This document shows, one piece after another, positions 8,124 through 19,377 of a DNA stretch of 20,000 nt. The stretch spans positions 182,100-202,099 of the forward strand of contig JABWCP010000003.1 in assembly GCA_013360215.1 (NCBI GenBank), written 5' to 3'. Under the pieces are notes generated by a model. It made no database searches, was not told the DNA's origin, and saw only the letters and a list, made by a program, of their open reading frames with translations. The translations under genes and the position numbers were made by a program. How positions within the stretch are numbered: the first letter of the stretch is position 1; each line of letters opens with the position of its first letter. This DNA is from a bacterium (GTDB taxonomy: Bacteria; CLD3; SB21).

Positions 8124-9569
8124 TTAACCGTTATTTTTTTCAGGCGGATAGTAACGCATATATACAACATCGCTCAATCGAATCGCTTCTTTACAATACG
8201 GATCAACTTTCTTTTCGAATAGCATATCATCCACCACCGTGATCGCCTCTTTCCACGTTTTACTGCGATTGACTTGACTCACAAAATCACGATAGTACGC
8301 TTCATCACCGCCAAAAATAGACTTCATAAAAATCTGTTCATCTTTCGGCGTGATCACCGACTGCAAAAGCACTAAATTATCCGATTCTTTGATATCCTTA
8401 AGACGGATGGTTTGCGTATCGTCCGAAAAACCTTGGACCAGCTCTTCTTTGATAAATTCGCCCGTTACCTCTGCGACTGTTTCAGGAGCAAATTTTATTT
8501 TAGTCGAACCGGTTTTAGCTTTCATATCTGCGGGAAAAGCTATCGTCTCAACAGTCGGCTCTTTCGGCTTGGGGCGCAGTTCGTCGGTTTTTTCCTTTGA
8601 AGGTTGATGGCTTAATATCGCATTGAGGTCGATAATCTCGCCGCTTTCTTCGTCCTTTCGCACTTTATCGATGACGAGATCCGTAGTATCTTTGGGCTTA
8701 GCCGCGGGTCTGGATTCGACCGGTGAGGGCTCCGATTTAGGTGATAGATTCACGATCGTTTTTTCGGCCGCCACGGCTTTCTTCTCTTTCAGTATAACAA
8801 AACGATTGAGAACTTGTCGTAAGCCGTAAATATTGATCTGCTCATTGCCCAATTCCTTTTCGATATTGAGCGCTACTTCAAAATCACGCAACGAACGATC
8901 GGCAAAAGCCTTCATCAACAAACCAATTTCGATCGTATTTGTCGACGCGCCGCGCAGCTCATTCACTTCTTTCATCACAAGACCGCACAGTTTGAGCACG
9001 TTCTCCAGAGCATCTTTACCAAAAAGGCTTTGATTGATCTCGTTGATGAGCAGACGAAGCTGGATTTTATTGAGATGCGTGATGGCTTTGGCTTTAGCAT
9101 AACGCTCCAAAGCATCGGGATAGTATTTGTAGATTTCAAACACACGGTACTGATTGACGATCTCTTCGATCGTACGCGCCGGCGTATCGGCAAACATCAA
9201 CGATTCGACCGTTGCCAGCGGCATCGTGATGTATTGCAAACGTAACAATAACGACTCGCGAAGCGTTTGTTCCACTTCCGTTTTCGGTATCAGCCATTCG
9301 CGTTTCAGTTCATCCACCAATATATCCAACGCCTTATCTACCGGCGCTTTGCCGTAAGGAAGGGCTGTATTGATGCGCGCCGCCACGATGCGGGCTTTTT
9401 CTGCTCGAAAAATCTGTTCGTACTTACCGGTAAAGATTTTCCGAACCACTTCATCCGAACCTTTTCCGGTCAGTTCAAAATACGACCAGTGATTCTGGTC
9501 CGTATGCATCTTCTGACGGATTTGTTCATAAATCCCGTCAACTATCGTTTCAAACATACCCCGTTTCAC
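8124..9569 (-). CDS. Hypothetical cytoplasmic protein (481 aa): helical N-terminal domain, charged linker, compact C-terminal helical domain
   Basis: Long ORF co-oriented with gyrA. Start is GTG 9569 or ATG 9557. The C-terminal I..KD...F...IFGGD...Y..F...VN...TWKEA pattern recalls a domain of uncharacterised FCB proteins (from memory). Confidence 0.8.
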   Translation of the reverse strand: MKRGMFETIVDGIYEQIRQKMHTDQNHWSYFELTGKGSDEVVRKIFTGKYEQIFRAEKARIVAARINTALPYGKAPVDKALDILVDELKREWLIPKTEVEQTLRESLLLRLQYITMPLATVESLMFADTPARTIEEIVNQYRVFEIYKYYPDALERYAKAKAITHLNKIQLRLLINEINQSLFGKDALENVLKLCGLVMKEVNELRGASTNTIEIGLLMKAFADRSLRDFEVALNIEKELGNEQINIYGLRQVLNRFVILKEKKAVAAEKTIVNLSPKSEPSPVESRPAAKPKDTTDLVIDKVRKDEESGEIIDLNAILSHQPSKEKTDELRPKPKEPTVETIAFPADMKAKTGSTKIKFAPETVAEVTGEFIKEELVQGFSDDTQTIRLKDIKESDNLVLLQSVITPKDEQIFMKSIFGGDEAYYRDFVSQVNRSKTWKEAITVVDDMLFEKKVDPYCKEAIRLSDVVYMRYYPPEKNNG

Positions 9570-9641
9570 CCGCGCACCGCGCGCGGGAGCCCTTTATTAT
9601 GATGAGCCGTCAGAACTACTGACAGCTTGCGCAGTGCCTGA

Positions 9642-12089
9642 TCAGTCCTGCGCCTCCTCCGATTCTTCTTCTTTGATACTTGTAATATCTGAAATCGTGT
9701 CGTCTTCTTTCAGTTTGACGAGACGAACGCCTTGGGTATTACGGCCCATCGTACGAATGTCCGCCATTTTGAGGCGAATGACCATACCGTTTTGCGTGAT
9801 GATCATCAGATCTTCATTGTCCACCACTTCACGGATAGCAATCATGGCCCCGGTTTTGTCGGTGGCTTTCATTGAGATGATACCTTTTCCGCCGCGGCGT
9901 GTGGTGCGATAATCGCCGACTTCGCTGCGTTTGCCATAACCCATATCGGAAACGACAAGGATCGTACCGTTTTCACGTTTGAGTGAGACCATGCCGACCA
10001 CATAATCACCTTTTTCCAAATTGATACCGGTGACGCCGCGCGCCGAGCGACCCATTTCACGAACTTCTTCACCGTGGAAACGAATAGCGATACCGTCATG
10101 CGTTCCGAGCAATACATCTTGCTTAAGATCAGTCAACTGAGCGTCTACAAGATCATCGTTTTTCTCGATGGTAATAGCGATGATACCGCCTTTGCGGGGA
10201 TTGCTGTATTCGGAAAGATTGGAACGTTTGATGACACCTTCTTTGGTTACCATCAATACGGACAATTGATCACTGAATTCTTTGACATTGATCACGGCAC
10301 GGATTTTCTCGTCCGATTGCTGTTCGATCAGGTTACTGATGTGTTTACCGCGCGCCGTTTTACTAAGCTCAGGCACTTCATACACCTTCAGCCAATAACA
10401 ACGGCCCTTGTTGGTAAAGAACATGATGTATTCGTGCGTGGAAGCAACAAAAAGATGCTCGATAAAATCATCATCCTTGGTCTGACCGCCGGATACACCT
10501 TGACCTCCGCGGCCCTGGCGACGATAACCGCTCACAGGGAAGCGCTTGATATAACCCTGCCGCGAAATGGTGACAACCACTTCTTCTTCAGCGATCGTAT
10601 CTTCAAAGTCAATTTCTTCAACTTCTTTTTTGAGGATCTCCGTACGGCGTTCATCGCCGAACGTTTTACGAATATCCGCCAATTCATCTTTGATGATCGC
10701 CATACGTTTGGCTTTGCTGGCGAGAATACCTTTGAGCTTTTCAATAAGCTTGATCACGTCACGGTATTCGTTTTCGATTTTTTCGACTTCCAGGTTCGTA
10801 AGGCGCTGGAGCTGCATTTTGAGAATTTCCGTCGCCTGAATTTCGGAAAGCTTGTATTTTTTCATCAAGCCTTCTTTAGCCACGGCAGGATCTTTGGACT
10901 TTTTGATCAGCTGAATGATCGCATCAATATTCTCAAGCGCTATTTTTAAGCCTTCTAAAATGTGCGCACGGCGTTCTGCGGCTTCGAGTTCGAATTGCGT
11001 ACGGCGTTGCACCACTTCGTGGCGATGGTCAATGAAATGCTGAAGCGTTTGCTTAAGATTGAGGACCATCGGGCGTCCGTCCACAAGCGCCAGAATGATA
11101 ATACCGAACGTCGTTTGCATCTGCGTATGCTTGAAGAGGTTATTCATCACCACTTGCGCATTGGCATCACGCTTCAGTTCGATCACTACGCGGATACCGT
11201 CGCGATCGGATTCGTCGCGCAGAGCGCTGATATCTTCGACTTTTTTCTCACGCACGAGATCGGAAATTTTTTCGACAAGATTCGCTTTATTCACCGTGTA
11301 CGGGAGTTCGGTGATAATAATGCTTTGCCGATTATTTTTATTGGTCTCGATATTGGCGCGCGCGCGGATGATGATTTTACCGCGGCCTGTTTCGTAGGCT
11401 TCTTTGATACCCGCCACGCCATTGATGATGCCGGCCGTCGGAAAATCCGGTCCTTTGATATGCTTCATCAAATCTTTGATCGTGATTTCCGGATCGTCGA
11501 TCAACGCATGCAATCCGTCCACCACCTCCGTCAGATTATGCGGAGGAATATTGGTCGCCATACCGACGGCAATACCGGTAGAACCGTTGACCAGCAAATT
11601 CGGCATAACCGCCGGAAGCACTTCCGGCATTTTGAGCGTATCGTCAAAATTGGGTACAAAATTAACCGTGTTTTTTTCGAGATCGCGCAACATTTCTTCA
11701 GCGATACGGGACAAGCGGCACTCCGTATAACGCATGGCGGCCGGCGAATCGCCGTCAATCGAACCGAAATTACCCTGCCCATCCACCAGCATATAGCGCA
11801 GCGAAAAAGGTTGGGCCATACGAACGATCGTATCGTACACGGCCGTGTCGCCGTGCGGGTGGTATTTACCAAGCACTTCACCGACGATACGCGCCGATTT
11901 TTTATACGGCTTATTGTAAGACATGCCGAGTTCATTCATACCAAAAAGCACGCGGCGATGCACCGGTTTCAATCCGTCGCGCACATCCGGAATCGCACGG
12001 GACACAATGACGGACATCGAATAATCGATGTAACATTCCCGCATCTCGTCTTCGATATTACGCGGAACAAGTTTTTCTATAGTGGACAT
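9642..12089 (-). CDS. gyrA: DNA gyrase subunit A
   Basis: [24 protein letters not shown], catalytic AAMRYTE, GyrA-box QGRGGQG, C-terminal pinwheel repeats and acidic tail. Confidence 0.99.
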   Translation of the reverse strand: MSTIEKLVPRNIEDEMRECYIDYSMSVIVSRAIPDVRDGLKPVHRRVLFGMNELGMSYNKPYKKSARIVGEVLGKYHPHGDTAVYDTIVRMAQPFSLRYMLVDGQGNFGSIDGDSPAAMRYTECRLSRIAEEMLRDLEKNTVNFVPNFDDTLKMPEVLPAVMPNLLVNGSTGIAVGMATNIPPHNLTEVVDGLHALIDDPEITIKDLMKHIKGPDFPTAGIINGVAGIKEAYETGRGKIIIRARANIETNKNNRQSIIITELPYTVNKANLVEKISDLVREKKVEDISALRDESDRDGIRVVIELKRDANAQVVMNNLFKHTQMQTTFGIIILALVDGRPMVLNLKQTLQHFIDHRHEVVQRRTQFELEAAERRAHILEGLKIALENIDAIIQLIKKSKDPAVAKEGLMKKYKLSEIQATEILKMQLQRLTNLEVEKIENEYRDVIKLIEKLKGILASKAKRMAIIKDELADIRKTFGDERRTEILKKEVEEIDFEDTIAEEEVVVTISRQGYIKRFPVSGYRRQGRGGQGVSGGQTKDDDFIEHLFVASTHEYIMFFTNKGRCYWLKVYEVPELSKTARGKHISNLIEQQSDEKIRAVINVKEFSDQLSVLMVTKEGVIKRSNLSEYSNPRKGGIIAITIEKNDDLVDAQLTDLKQDVLLGTHDGIAIRFHGEEVREMGRSARGVTGINLEKGDYVVGMVSLKRENGTILVVSDMGYGKRSEVGDYRTTRRGGKGIISMKATDKTGAMIAIREVVDNEDLMIITQNGMVIRLKMADIRTMGRNTQGVRLVKLKEDDTISDITSIKEEESEEAQD

Positions 12090-12113
12090 CGGGTTACCTT
12101 TAATTCCTTTCCA

Positions 12114-12674
12114 TTACTTTATATCAATTTTAATAGTAGTTTTCCAAAGCTGAAAAAAATCTGTCTGCCCTAGCTCGTCGTCAAATTGCCTTATCATTTG
12201 TTCGATTCGTCGGATATTGAGTCTATCCTTCTGTACTTGTATAATTTTCTGAACATCGTCAACATCCTTAGGGCGTCCGGCAATAAGTTTCTGAACAATC
12301 AAATACTCCGGAGCTATAAAATTAACTTCCGTTCCTCTAATCTGTTTCCGTTGACCGTTAGTAATCGCATCATATTCAAACTGCGTCGCGCTAAAAATAA
12401 GATCCACTTTTATTCCGGTTGATCGATGCCTCAACGGTAAAACCCACGTATCCCGAGCGAATGTTTCGGGATGATCCGTCATAGACTCAAACGCCGTCAA
12501 TTTTTTAAGAACATCTTCGCATTGATCCGGCAACAGTCGCATCGTCACATCAATATCTTTTGTAAAACGCGTTTCGCCGTAATAAATGGCCGCCTGACCT
12601 CCGACAATCATGTACGGGATAGAAGCCTCATTCAGCTGTGTTGCGATAGCGATCAACGCTTCGTCAAGCAACAT
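12114..12674 (-). CDS. Pol-beta-superfamily nucleotidyltransferase (AbiEii/AbiGii- or DUF6036-like), putative toxin
   Basis: PYMIVGGQA, RFTKDIDV (DxD), KVDLIF, PEYLIVQKLIAGRPKDVDDV. Start ATG 12674 overlaps the end of the upstream ORF (the track starts at TTG 12701). Confidence 0.85.
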   Translation of the reverse strand: MLLDEALIAIATQLNEASIPYMIVGGQAAIYYGETRFTKDIDVTMRLLPDQCEDVLKKLTAFESMTDHPETFARDTWVLPLRHRSTGIKVDLIFSATQFEYDAITNGQRKQIRGTEVNFIAPEYLIVQKLIAGRPKDVDDVQKIIQVQKDRLNIRRIEQMIRQFDDELGQTDFFQLWKTTIKIDIK

Positions 12675-12930
12675 AAGAGCGCAATCGTTTCCGAACTTCA
12701 ACCATTTTCAGGCGATGTTGATATGCGTCAGAATCTTTTGACATTTCCGAAGCGACGTCGTTACTAAAAATGCCAGGATTGCGTTGTAACGCCGTACAAT
12801 ATAGCTCTTCAAACTCGGCGACTTTGGCTTCATAAGGCATATTTTCGTACACCGTTTTTCTTTGTTTAGAATCCCAACGATGGAATGCCGCCCATGCTTT
12901 CTGGCGACGAATGTAATCTTCGCGCGACAT
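12664..12930 (-). CDS. Small helical protein (88 aa), putative partner/antitoxin of the nucleotidyltransferase
   Basis: ATG lies 2 nt after the gyrB stop (TAATTATG). The ORF overlaps the nucleotidyltransferase start by 11 nt. Function is inferred from context only. Confidence 0.7.
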   Translation of the reverse strand: MSREDYIRRQKAWAAFHRWDSKQRKTVYENMPYEAKVAEFEELYCTALQRNPGIFSNDVASEMSKDSDAYQHRLKMVEVRKRLRSYVA

Positions 12931-12932
12931 AA

Positions 12933-14888
<1,956 letters not shown>

Positions 14889-14918
14889 CTATGATTATGA
14901 TTTATTTTCTGACGGTTC

Positions 14919-15308
14919 TTATTTCAATCTTTCCAGTACACCCTTTCGCTTAACGATATTCTTGTAATCCCATTGTATCGTTTTGGCTTTTTTTAACCAA
15001 CGCGCCAAGTCTTTTTTGATAACCTGATCCGCGCTTGTAAAACGTTTTTCCGCTGCTTTGAAACGGCCTTCATTTTGCAGACCGGGTTCATCAAATGACT
15101 GTCCGCTCCAAAAGAGCAATCGAATGCAGCTTTTCAGCTTGCTGTATCCGACAATCGGATTCCCATCAAGAAACCAAACCGGATGCGCATGCCATACTTT
15201 GTTTTCGGCCTCCGGCAATCCGCGGCTAATCTCAGCGTACAGTGTTTCGCAGATCAGCCGATCTTCGTCGGAGAGTTGGCCGTGATAGGCTTTAACATCT
15301 TTATGCAT
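14919..15308 (-). CDS. DUF1801 (YdhG-like) domain protein
   Basis: LPEAENKVWHAHPVWFLDGNPIVGYSK...LLFWSGQSF...WDYKNIVKRKG is a characteristic DUF1801 subfamily sequence. Confidence 0.85.
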   Translation of the reverse strand: MHKDVKAYHGQLSDEDRLICETLYAEISRGLPEAENKVWHAHPVWFLDGNPIVGYSKLKSCIRLLFWSGQSFDEPGLQNEGRFKAAEKRFTSADQVIKKDLARWLKKAKTIQWDYKNIVKRKGVLERLK

Positions 15309-15325
15309 AACGCATTATTTCAAAA

Positions 15326-15622
15326 TTACCGGAAAACTATTTCGCGTACTATTTTTTCACCTAACGCGGAATTGATCCGTTCGATAATATTTCTTTTTTG
15401 ATAAAAAAGTTCCTGCCGCCACACGCTATTGACCACCTCCAAAAAAAGCAGTCCGTCTTCGATCTTGACCGCTTTGGCGCGCTGAGTAAATGCCGTTCCC
15501 ATGAGGCGTTCAAACTGCTCCAGAACGACCTGCTCGTGTACACGATCCGCGATCTTATAACGTTTGAGTAACTTATCCAGCGCTTCACCGAGCGGCGTCG
15601 CATCTGTTTTTTTGGGTTTCAC
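15326..15622 (-). CDS. dciA: DUF721/DciA family replicative helicase loader
   Basis: 98 aa immediately after recF with a GTGA overlap. Motifs LFLEVVNSVWRQEL, IIERIN, VREIVF. Confidence 0.88.
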   Translation of the reverse strand: MKPKKTDATPLGEALDKLLKRYKIADRVHEQVVLEQFERLMGTAFTQRAKAVKIEDGLLFLEVVNSVWRQELFYQKRNIIERINSALGEKIVREIVFR

Positions 15623-16752
15623 GCACTTACACTTCCGTTTATCACTTTAAAATGCCGGATCGGTCTTTTGGTTTCAAAATCACGTTCCGTATCGGCGCTT
15701 GTTAAAAAAACCTGGCCGGCGTTTTCAAGATACCGGATAAGATTATGACGTCTTGTCCAATCCAGTTCCGAAAAAACATCATCCAGCAAAAGCAGAGGTT
15801 GCAACTCCCGGCGTTCGGCCATATGTAGAAACTCGGCCAGTTTCAACGCCAGCGCCATGGTTTTGAGTTGTCCTTGCGAACCAAACTCACGTATCGCTTT
15901 GTCGTTAAGTAAAAGCAAAAGTTCGTCTTTGTGCGGCCCGATCAGCGAAGTTTGGCGCATCATTTCGCGATCGCGGTTTTCAGCGATTGTTTTAGCCATC
16001 GCCTCCGCGATACTTTGATCGTCGGGCAAAGTTTCGCACCACCTGTTTATCGTATCCGCATTGGCGATCGTACTTTTATAACTGATGGATGCCTGTTCGG
16101 ATACCACGGCCAACTCGCCATATACGCGCGCCGCCCATCCGGCAAAAGACCGTACAAACTCCAATCGGCGCCGAATAATACGCGCACCGACCGTAGCCAA
16201 TTCACGATCCCAAACCGCAAGCAGATCCGGTCTTAAAAACGTGGCGGCAAATAAAGCATTGCGCTGTTTCAAAGCCTGCCGATAGTCCAACAAATCTTTG
16301 AGGTACACCGGATATAATTGCGACAGCGCCATATCAAGCCAGCGGCGTCGGTTACCGGGAGCGCCGGACACGATCGCTACATCTTCCGGAGCGGAAATCA
16401 CCGCCGGGAAACGTCCGATATGTTCCGAAAAACGATCCTGACGTTTTTTTCCGACCAAAAGCGATTTGCCTTCCGCACGATGTACGACAAGGCGTATTTC
16501 ATCATTTTCCAAAGAACTTTCATCGCGGGCCAATTGCCCTTCGATATCAAAATACGACGTATTAAACCGGATGGCCGATTCGTCTTCCGTCGTTTTAAAA
16601 CTTTTAGTGAGGCAAAGATAATAAACGGCTTCCAGCAGCGACGTTTTGCCTTGTCCGTTATCGCCCGTAATCACATTGAGACCCGGAGCAAACTGTATTT
16701 CCGCGTCGGTATAATTGCGAAAATCCCGGAGCCTGAGACGGCGAATGAGCAC
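15619..16752 (-). CDS. recF: DNA replication and repair protein RecF
   Basis: FRNY, Walker A GDNGQGKT, RRRWLD, GPHKD, GSQGQ signature, LLLDDVFSELD. GGAGG SD before a GTG start. Confidence 0.98.
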   Translation of the reverse strand: MLIRRLRLRDFRNYTDAEIQFAPGLNVITGDNGQGKTSLLEAVYYLCLTKSFKTTEDESAIRFNTSYFDIEGQLARDESSLENDEIRLVVHRAEGKSLLVGKKRQDRFSEHIGRFPAVISAPEDVAIVSGAPGNRRRWLDMALSQLYPVYLKDLLDYRQALKQRNALFAATFLRPDLLAVWDRELATVGARIIRRRLEFVRSFAGWAARVYGELAVVSEQASISYKSTIANADTINRWCETLPDDQSIAEAMAKTIAENRDREMMRQTSLIGPHKDELLLLLNDKAIREFGSQGQLKTMALALKLAEFLHMAERRELQPLLLLDDVFSELDWTRRHNLIRYLENAGQVFLTSADTERDFETKRPIRHFKVINGSVSA

Positions 16753-16772
16753 GGAACGGGTCAGCCTCCGCG

Positions 16773-17885
16773 TTAATCGTTGAGGCGAACGGGCATCACC
16801 AGCATCATCTGATTTTCATGCTCGAGTTGATGCGACGGCGTGATCACACCGGCCGTTGTGGGGCCTTTGTACGCGATGACGACATCCTGCGTGTCAATAT
16901 TATTGAGTGCGCTCAAAAGGAGCTGCGCATTATAACCGATCTGCAAGGCATCGCCATCATACTCGGCTTTGATCTGGTTGGAACCCTTACCGCCGCCGTC
17001 CACATCTTCGGCGGAAATGCGCGCGCCGTCTTTGTCCATCGCGAGACGAATCTGGTGCGTAATCGGATTGGCAAAAATCGAAGCACGGCGAACTTTTTCG
17101 ACAAGCGTAGCGGCATCCACCGTCAATTTTTTATTATTGTCGCCGGGGATCACACGTTCATAATCCGGATAATTTTCATCCAAAATACGTCCGAAAAGTT
17201 GGGTGTCGCCCATGTCGAAACAAATGTGATTTTGTCCGAAAATAATTTTGGTCGCGTCTTTGGTGTCTTTGGCTACTTCAGACAAAGCTTTGGTCGGCAC
17301 GATCACGTTGGTTTTTTCTTTGATCGTGGTTTCAAATTTGGTGCATACCATTTTACCAAGGCGATGACCGTCGGTCGCTACAAGGCGAAACTCGCTGCCA
17401 TGAATCTGAAAAAGAACACCCGTCAAAGCCGGGCGCAACTGATCGTTACTGACGGCGAAAATCGTTTTGCCGATCATGCGGGAAAGTTGTTTGGCTTCGA
17501 TGGTCAGCGAACCTTTTTCGTCAACGGTCGGAAGCGACGGATAATCGTCGTCCGACTCACCGGGAATGCGGTATTCTTCATTATCGCAATGCACGAAAAA
17601 TTTGAACTGTGCATCGGCGGAAACTTCCAGTGGAATATTGGGCAGGGATTTAACCAGATCGTTGAGGGGTTTGGACGGTACCGTGATGCTTCCGGGTTGT
17701 TTGACATCCACTTGAATTTTGGTGGTGATCGAAACATCCAAATCCGTAGCGGTTAACGTAAGGAAACCATCTTGCGCTTTGAGCATGACGTTGCTCAGCA
17801 CGGGCAACGTGGATTTTGAGGGAACGACGCTGATAACACGCGCCAATCCTTTGGCCAGATCGGCCTGAGCAACCGTAAACTTCAT
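16773..17885 (-). CDS. dnaN: DNA polymerase III subunit beta (sliding clamp)
   Basis: TLPVLSNV, ATDLD, RPALTGV, VATDGHRL, YPDYERVIP, IGYNAQLL, LVMPVRL. ATG 17885 is preferred because of the AGGAG SD 9 nt upstream (the track starts at TTG 17894). Confidence 0.99.
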   Translation of the reverse strand: MKFTVAQADLAKGLARVISVVPSKSTLPVLSNVMLKAQDGFLTLTATDLDVSITTKIQVDVKQPGSITVPSKPLNDLVKSLPNIPLEVSADAQFKFFVHCDNEEYRIPGESDDDYPSLPTVDEKGSLTIEAKQLSRMIGKTIFAVSNDQLRPALTGVLFQIHGSEFRLVATDGHRLGKMVCTKFETTIKEKTNVIVPTKALSEVAKDTKDATKIIFGQNHICFDMGDTQLFGRILDENYPDYERVIPGDNNKKLTVDAATLVEKVRRASIFANPITHQIRLAMDKDGARISAEDVDGGGKGSNQIKAEYDGDALQIGYNAQLLLSALNNIDTQDVVIAYKGPTTAGVITPSHQLEHENQMMLVMPVRLND

Positions 17886-18013
17886 ATCCTGCAACTCCTG
17901 TGGCTAAATAACAAATATATTCTATTCAAAAAATTATAGTGCCAAACGACGGGTTTTATTTCACCGTGAAATTCAACAAAATCAAGGGTTGACGGGCATT
18001 TTTAAAACTGAAA

Positions 18014-18042
18014 ATCATAGTGTTTTATTGTCAAAAATTCAA
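18014..18042 (-). promoter_or_regulatory. sigma70-type promoter for the dnaN cluster
   Basis: Minus strand TTGAAT (18042-18037), N17, TATGAT (18019-18014). A second TATAAT lies at 17938-17933. Confidence 0.55.
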
Positions 18043-18401
18043 GCAAAATATTATGATTATCACCGCCCAAAAACACCCTATCCGTAAAGTTCCATGCGCG
18101 TTTGTATGACGTGCATGCCCTTGTTTTTTATAAAAAATAGTTCCGTTTTATCGGCGAATGTTATTAATTTGTTTTGCCTGTTTGTGTAAAATAATTTTTT
18201 AGCGCGAAGCGCGATAATACAAACCGTTTATTTTATTTGTTCACGTTTTCGTTTTAGTATTACAGGCGCCACGCATTCAAACAACGGAAGGTGTTTTTGA
18301 TCAATACGATCCATAACTATTAAACACCATGTATCATATTTTCCGCACGATAACCCAAAACACGTACACAAAAAAACACGGACAAGCATACACATTAAAC
18401 T

Positions 18402-19100
18402 ATGTTTCCCATTCGCGACACCATCCCCTCTTCCCGGTTTCCGCTGGTCACGACTGTATTGATCGTGATCAATAGCCTGATCTTTCTGTATGAAGTATCG
18501 TTAGGCGAGCAACTCAACCGATTGATCAACGCGCTAGGCATCATACCGGCAAAATATTTTTGGCAAGGTGAGTTTGGTCGCGCCAATTTCATCGAACGCT
18601 TTTTTCCGTTTTTCACATCCATGTTTTTGCATGGCGGTTGGATGCACGCCATCGGTAATATGTGGTATCTGTGGATTTTCGGCGATAATGTGGAAGATCG
18701 CATGGGTCGCGGGCGTTTTTTGCTGTTTTATCTGTTGTGCGGACTTGGTGCCGGGCTTTCGCATGCGTACCTCAATGCCGACTCGCGCATACCAACGATC
18801 GGCGCCAGCGGTGCCATAGCCGGCGTGATGGGTGCTTACATCGTATTATTTCCGCATTCGCGCGTACTTACACTGGTGCCGATTTTCATTTTTATTCAGT
18901 TTTTTGAAATTCCGGCCATTTTTTTTCTCGGCTTTTGGGTTGTTTTACAATTTTTACAAGGAACGGCTTCGCTCATGTCCGATGCTTCGAGCGGTGTTGC
19001 CTGGTGGGCGCATCTGGGTGGGTTTGTATTCGGCGCGATTCTGGTTTTTGTTTTCCGTCAACGGGAACCGCGAAGATGGTACGATGAGGAATACGAATAG
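18402..19100 (+). CDS. Rhomboid family intramembrane serine protease
   Basis: FTSMFLHGGWMHAIGNM, GDNVEDRMG, catalytic GASG and AHLGG, multiple TM helices. Confidence 0.96.
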   Translation: MFPIRDTIPSSRFPLVTTVLIVINSLIFLYEVSLGEQLNRLINALGIIPAKYFWQGEFGRANFIERFFPFFTSMFLHGGWMHAIGNMWYLWIFGDNVEDRMGRGRFLLFYLLCGLGAGLSHAYLNADSRIPTIGASGAIAGVMGAYIVLFPHSRVLTLVPIFIFIQFFEIPAIFFLGFWVVLQFLQGTASLMSDASSGVAWWAHLGGFVFGAILVFVFRQREPRRWYDEEYE

Positions 19101-19259
19101 TTCACATTTTTTTTCTATTCTTCTATTCTATTGTCTTCTCGCGGAGACGCTAAGTCGAAAAATTCTTATGATTAGCTGTGGCTTATCGAGAATATATTCC
19201 GTATCCGTAGCTCTGATCCGATAAAAATAAAGAAGAATATTTCTCCAAATAATTTGTAA

Positions 19260-19358
19260 TTTCATCACAGCCTCCGGTACTAAGGAATGACCCACGGTAT
19301 ATGGGATAATCCCGTAGCCGTGCAAACAAACGATTCCTTGGTAGAGGAGGTGATGAAA
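19260..19358 (+). ncRNA. Putative structured RNA (cis-regulatory leader or sRNA), family not recognised
   Basis: Nested stems TTTCATCAC/GTGATGAAA, CCTC/GAGG, TACTAAGGAAT/ATTCCTTGGTA, CACGGT/GCCGTG and TATGGGA/TCCCGTA give 37 pairs, 3 of them G-U on the + strand. Confidence 0.55.
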
Positions 19359-19377
19359 CTTGATAAAAAAGAATAAC

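Noticed and set aside
11840-11860. GyrA QRDR has Thr at the E. coli Ser83 position ([10 protein letters not shown])
   Set aside because: A natural variant in many bacteria such as Pseudomonas and Campylobacter. It is not evidence of acquired resistance.
10074-12173. Long + strand ORFs of 291 and 403 aa
   Set aside because: Antisense to gyrA. This is the usual codon-bias shadow, with no recognisable motifs.
16818-17756. 312-aa + strand ORF
   Set aside because: Antisense shadow of dnaN.
19107-19132. TTCTATT short repeats after the rhomboid stop, considered as DnaA-trios or a repeat array
   Set aside because: Low-complexity and irregular period, with no adjacent good DnaA box.
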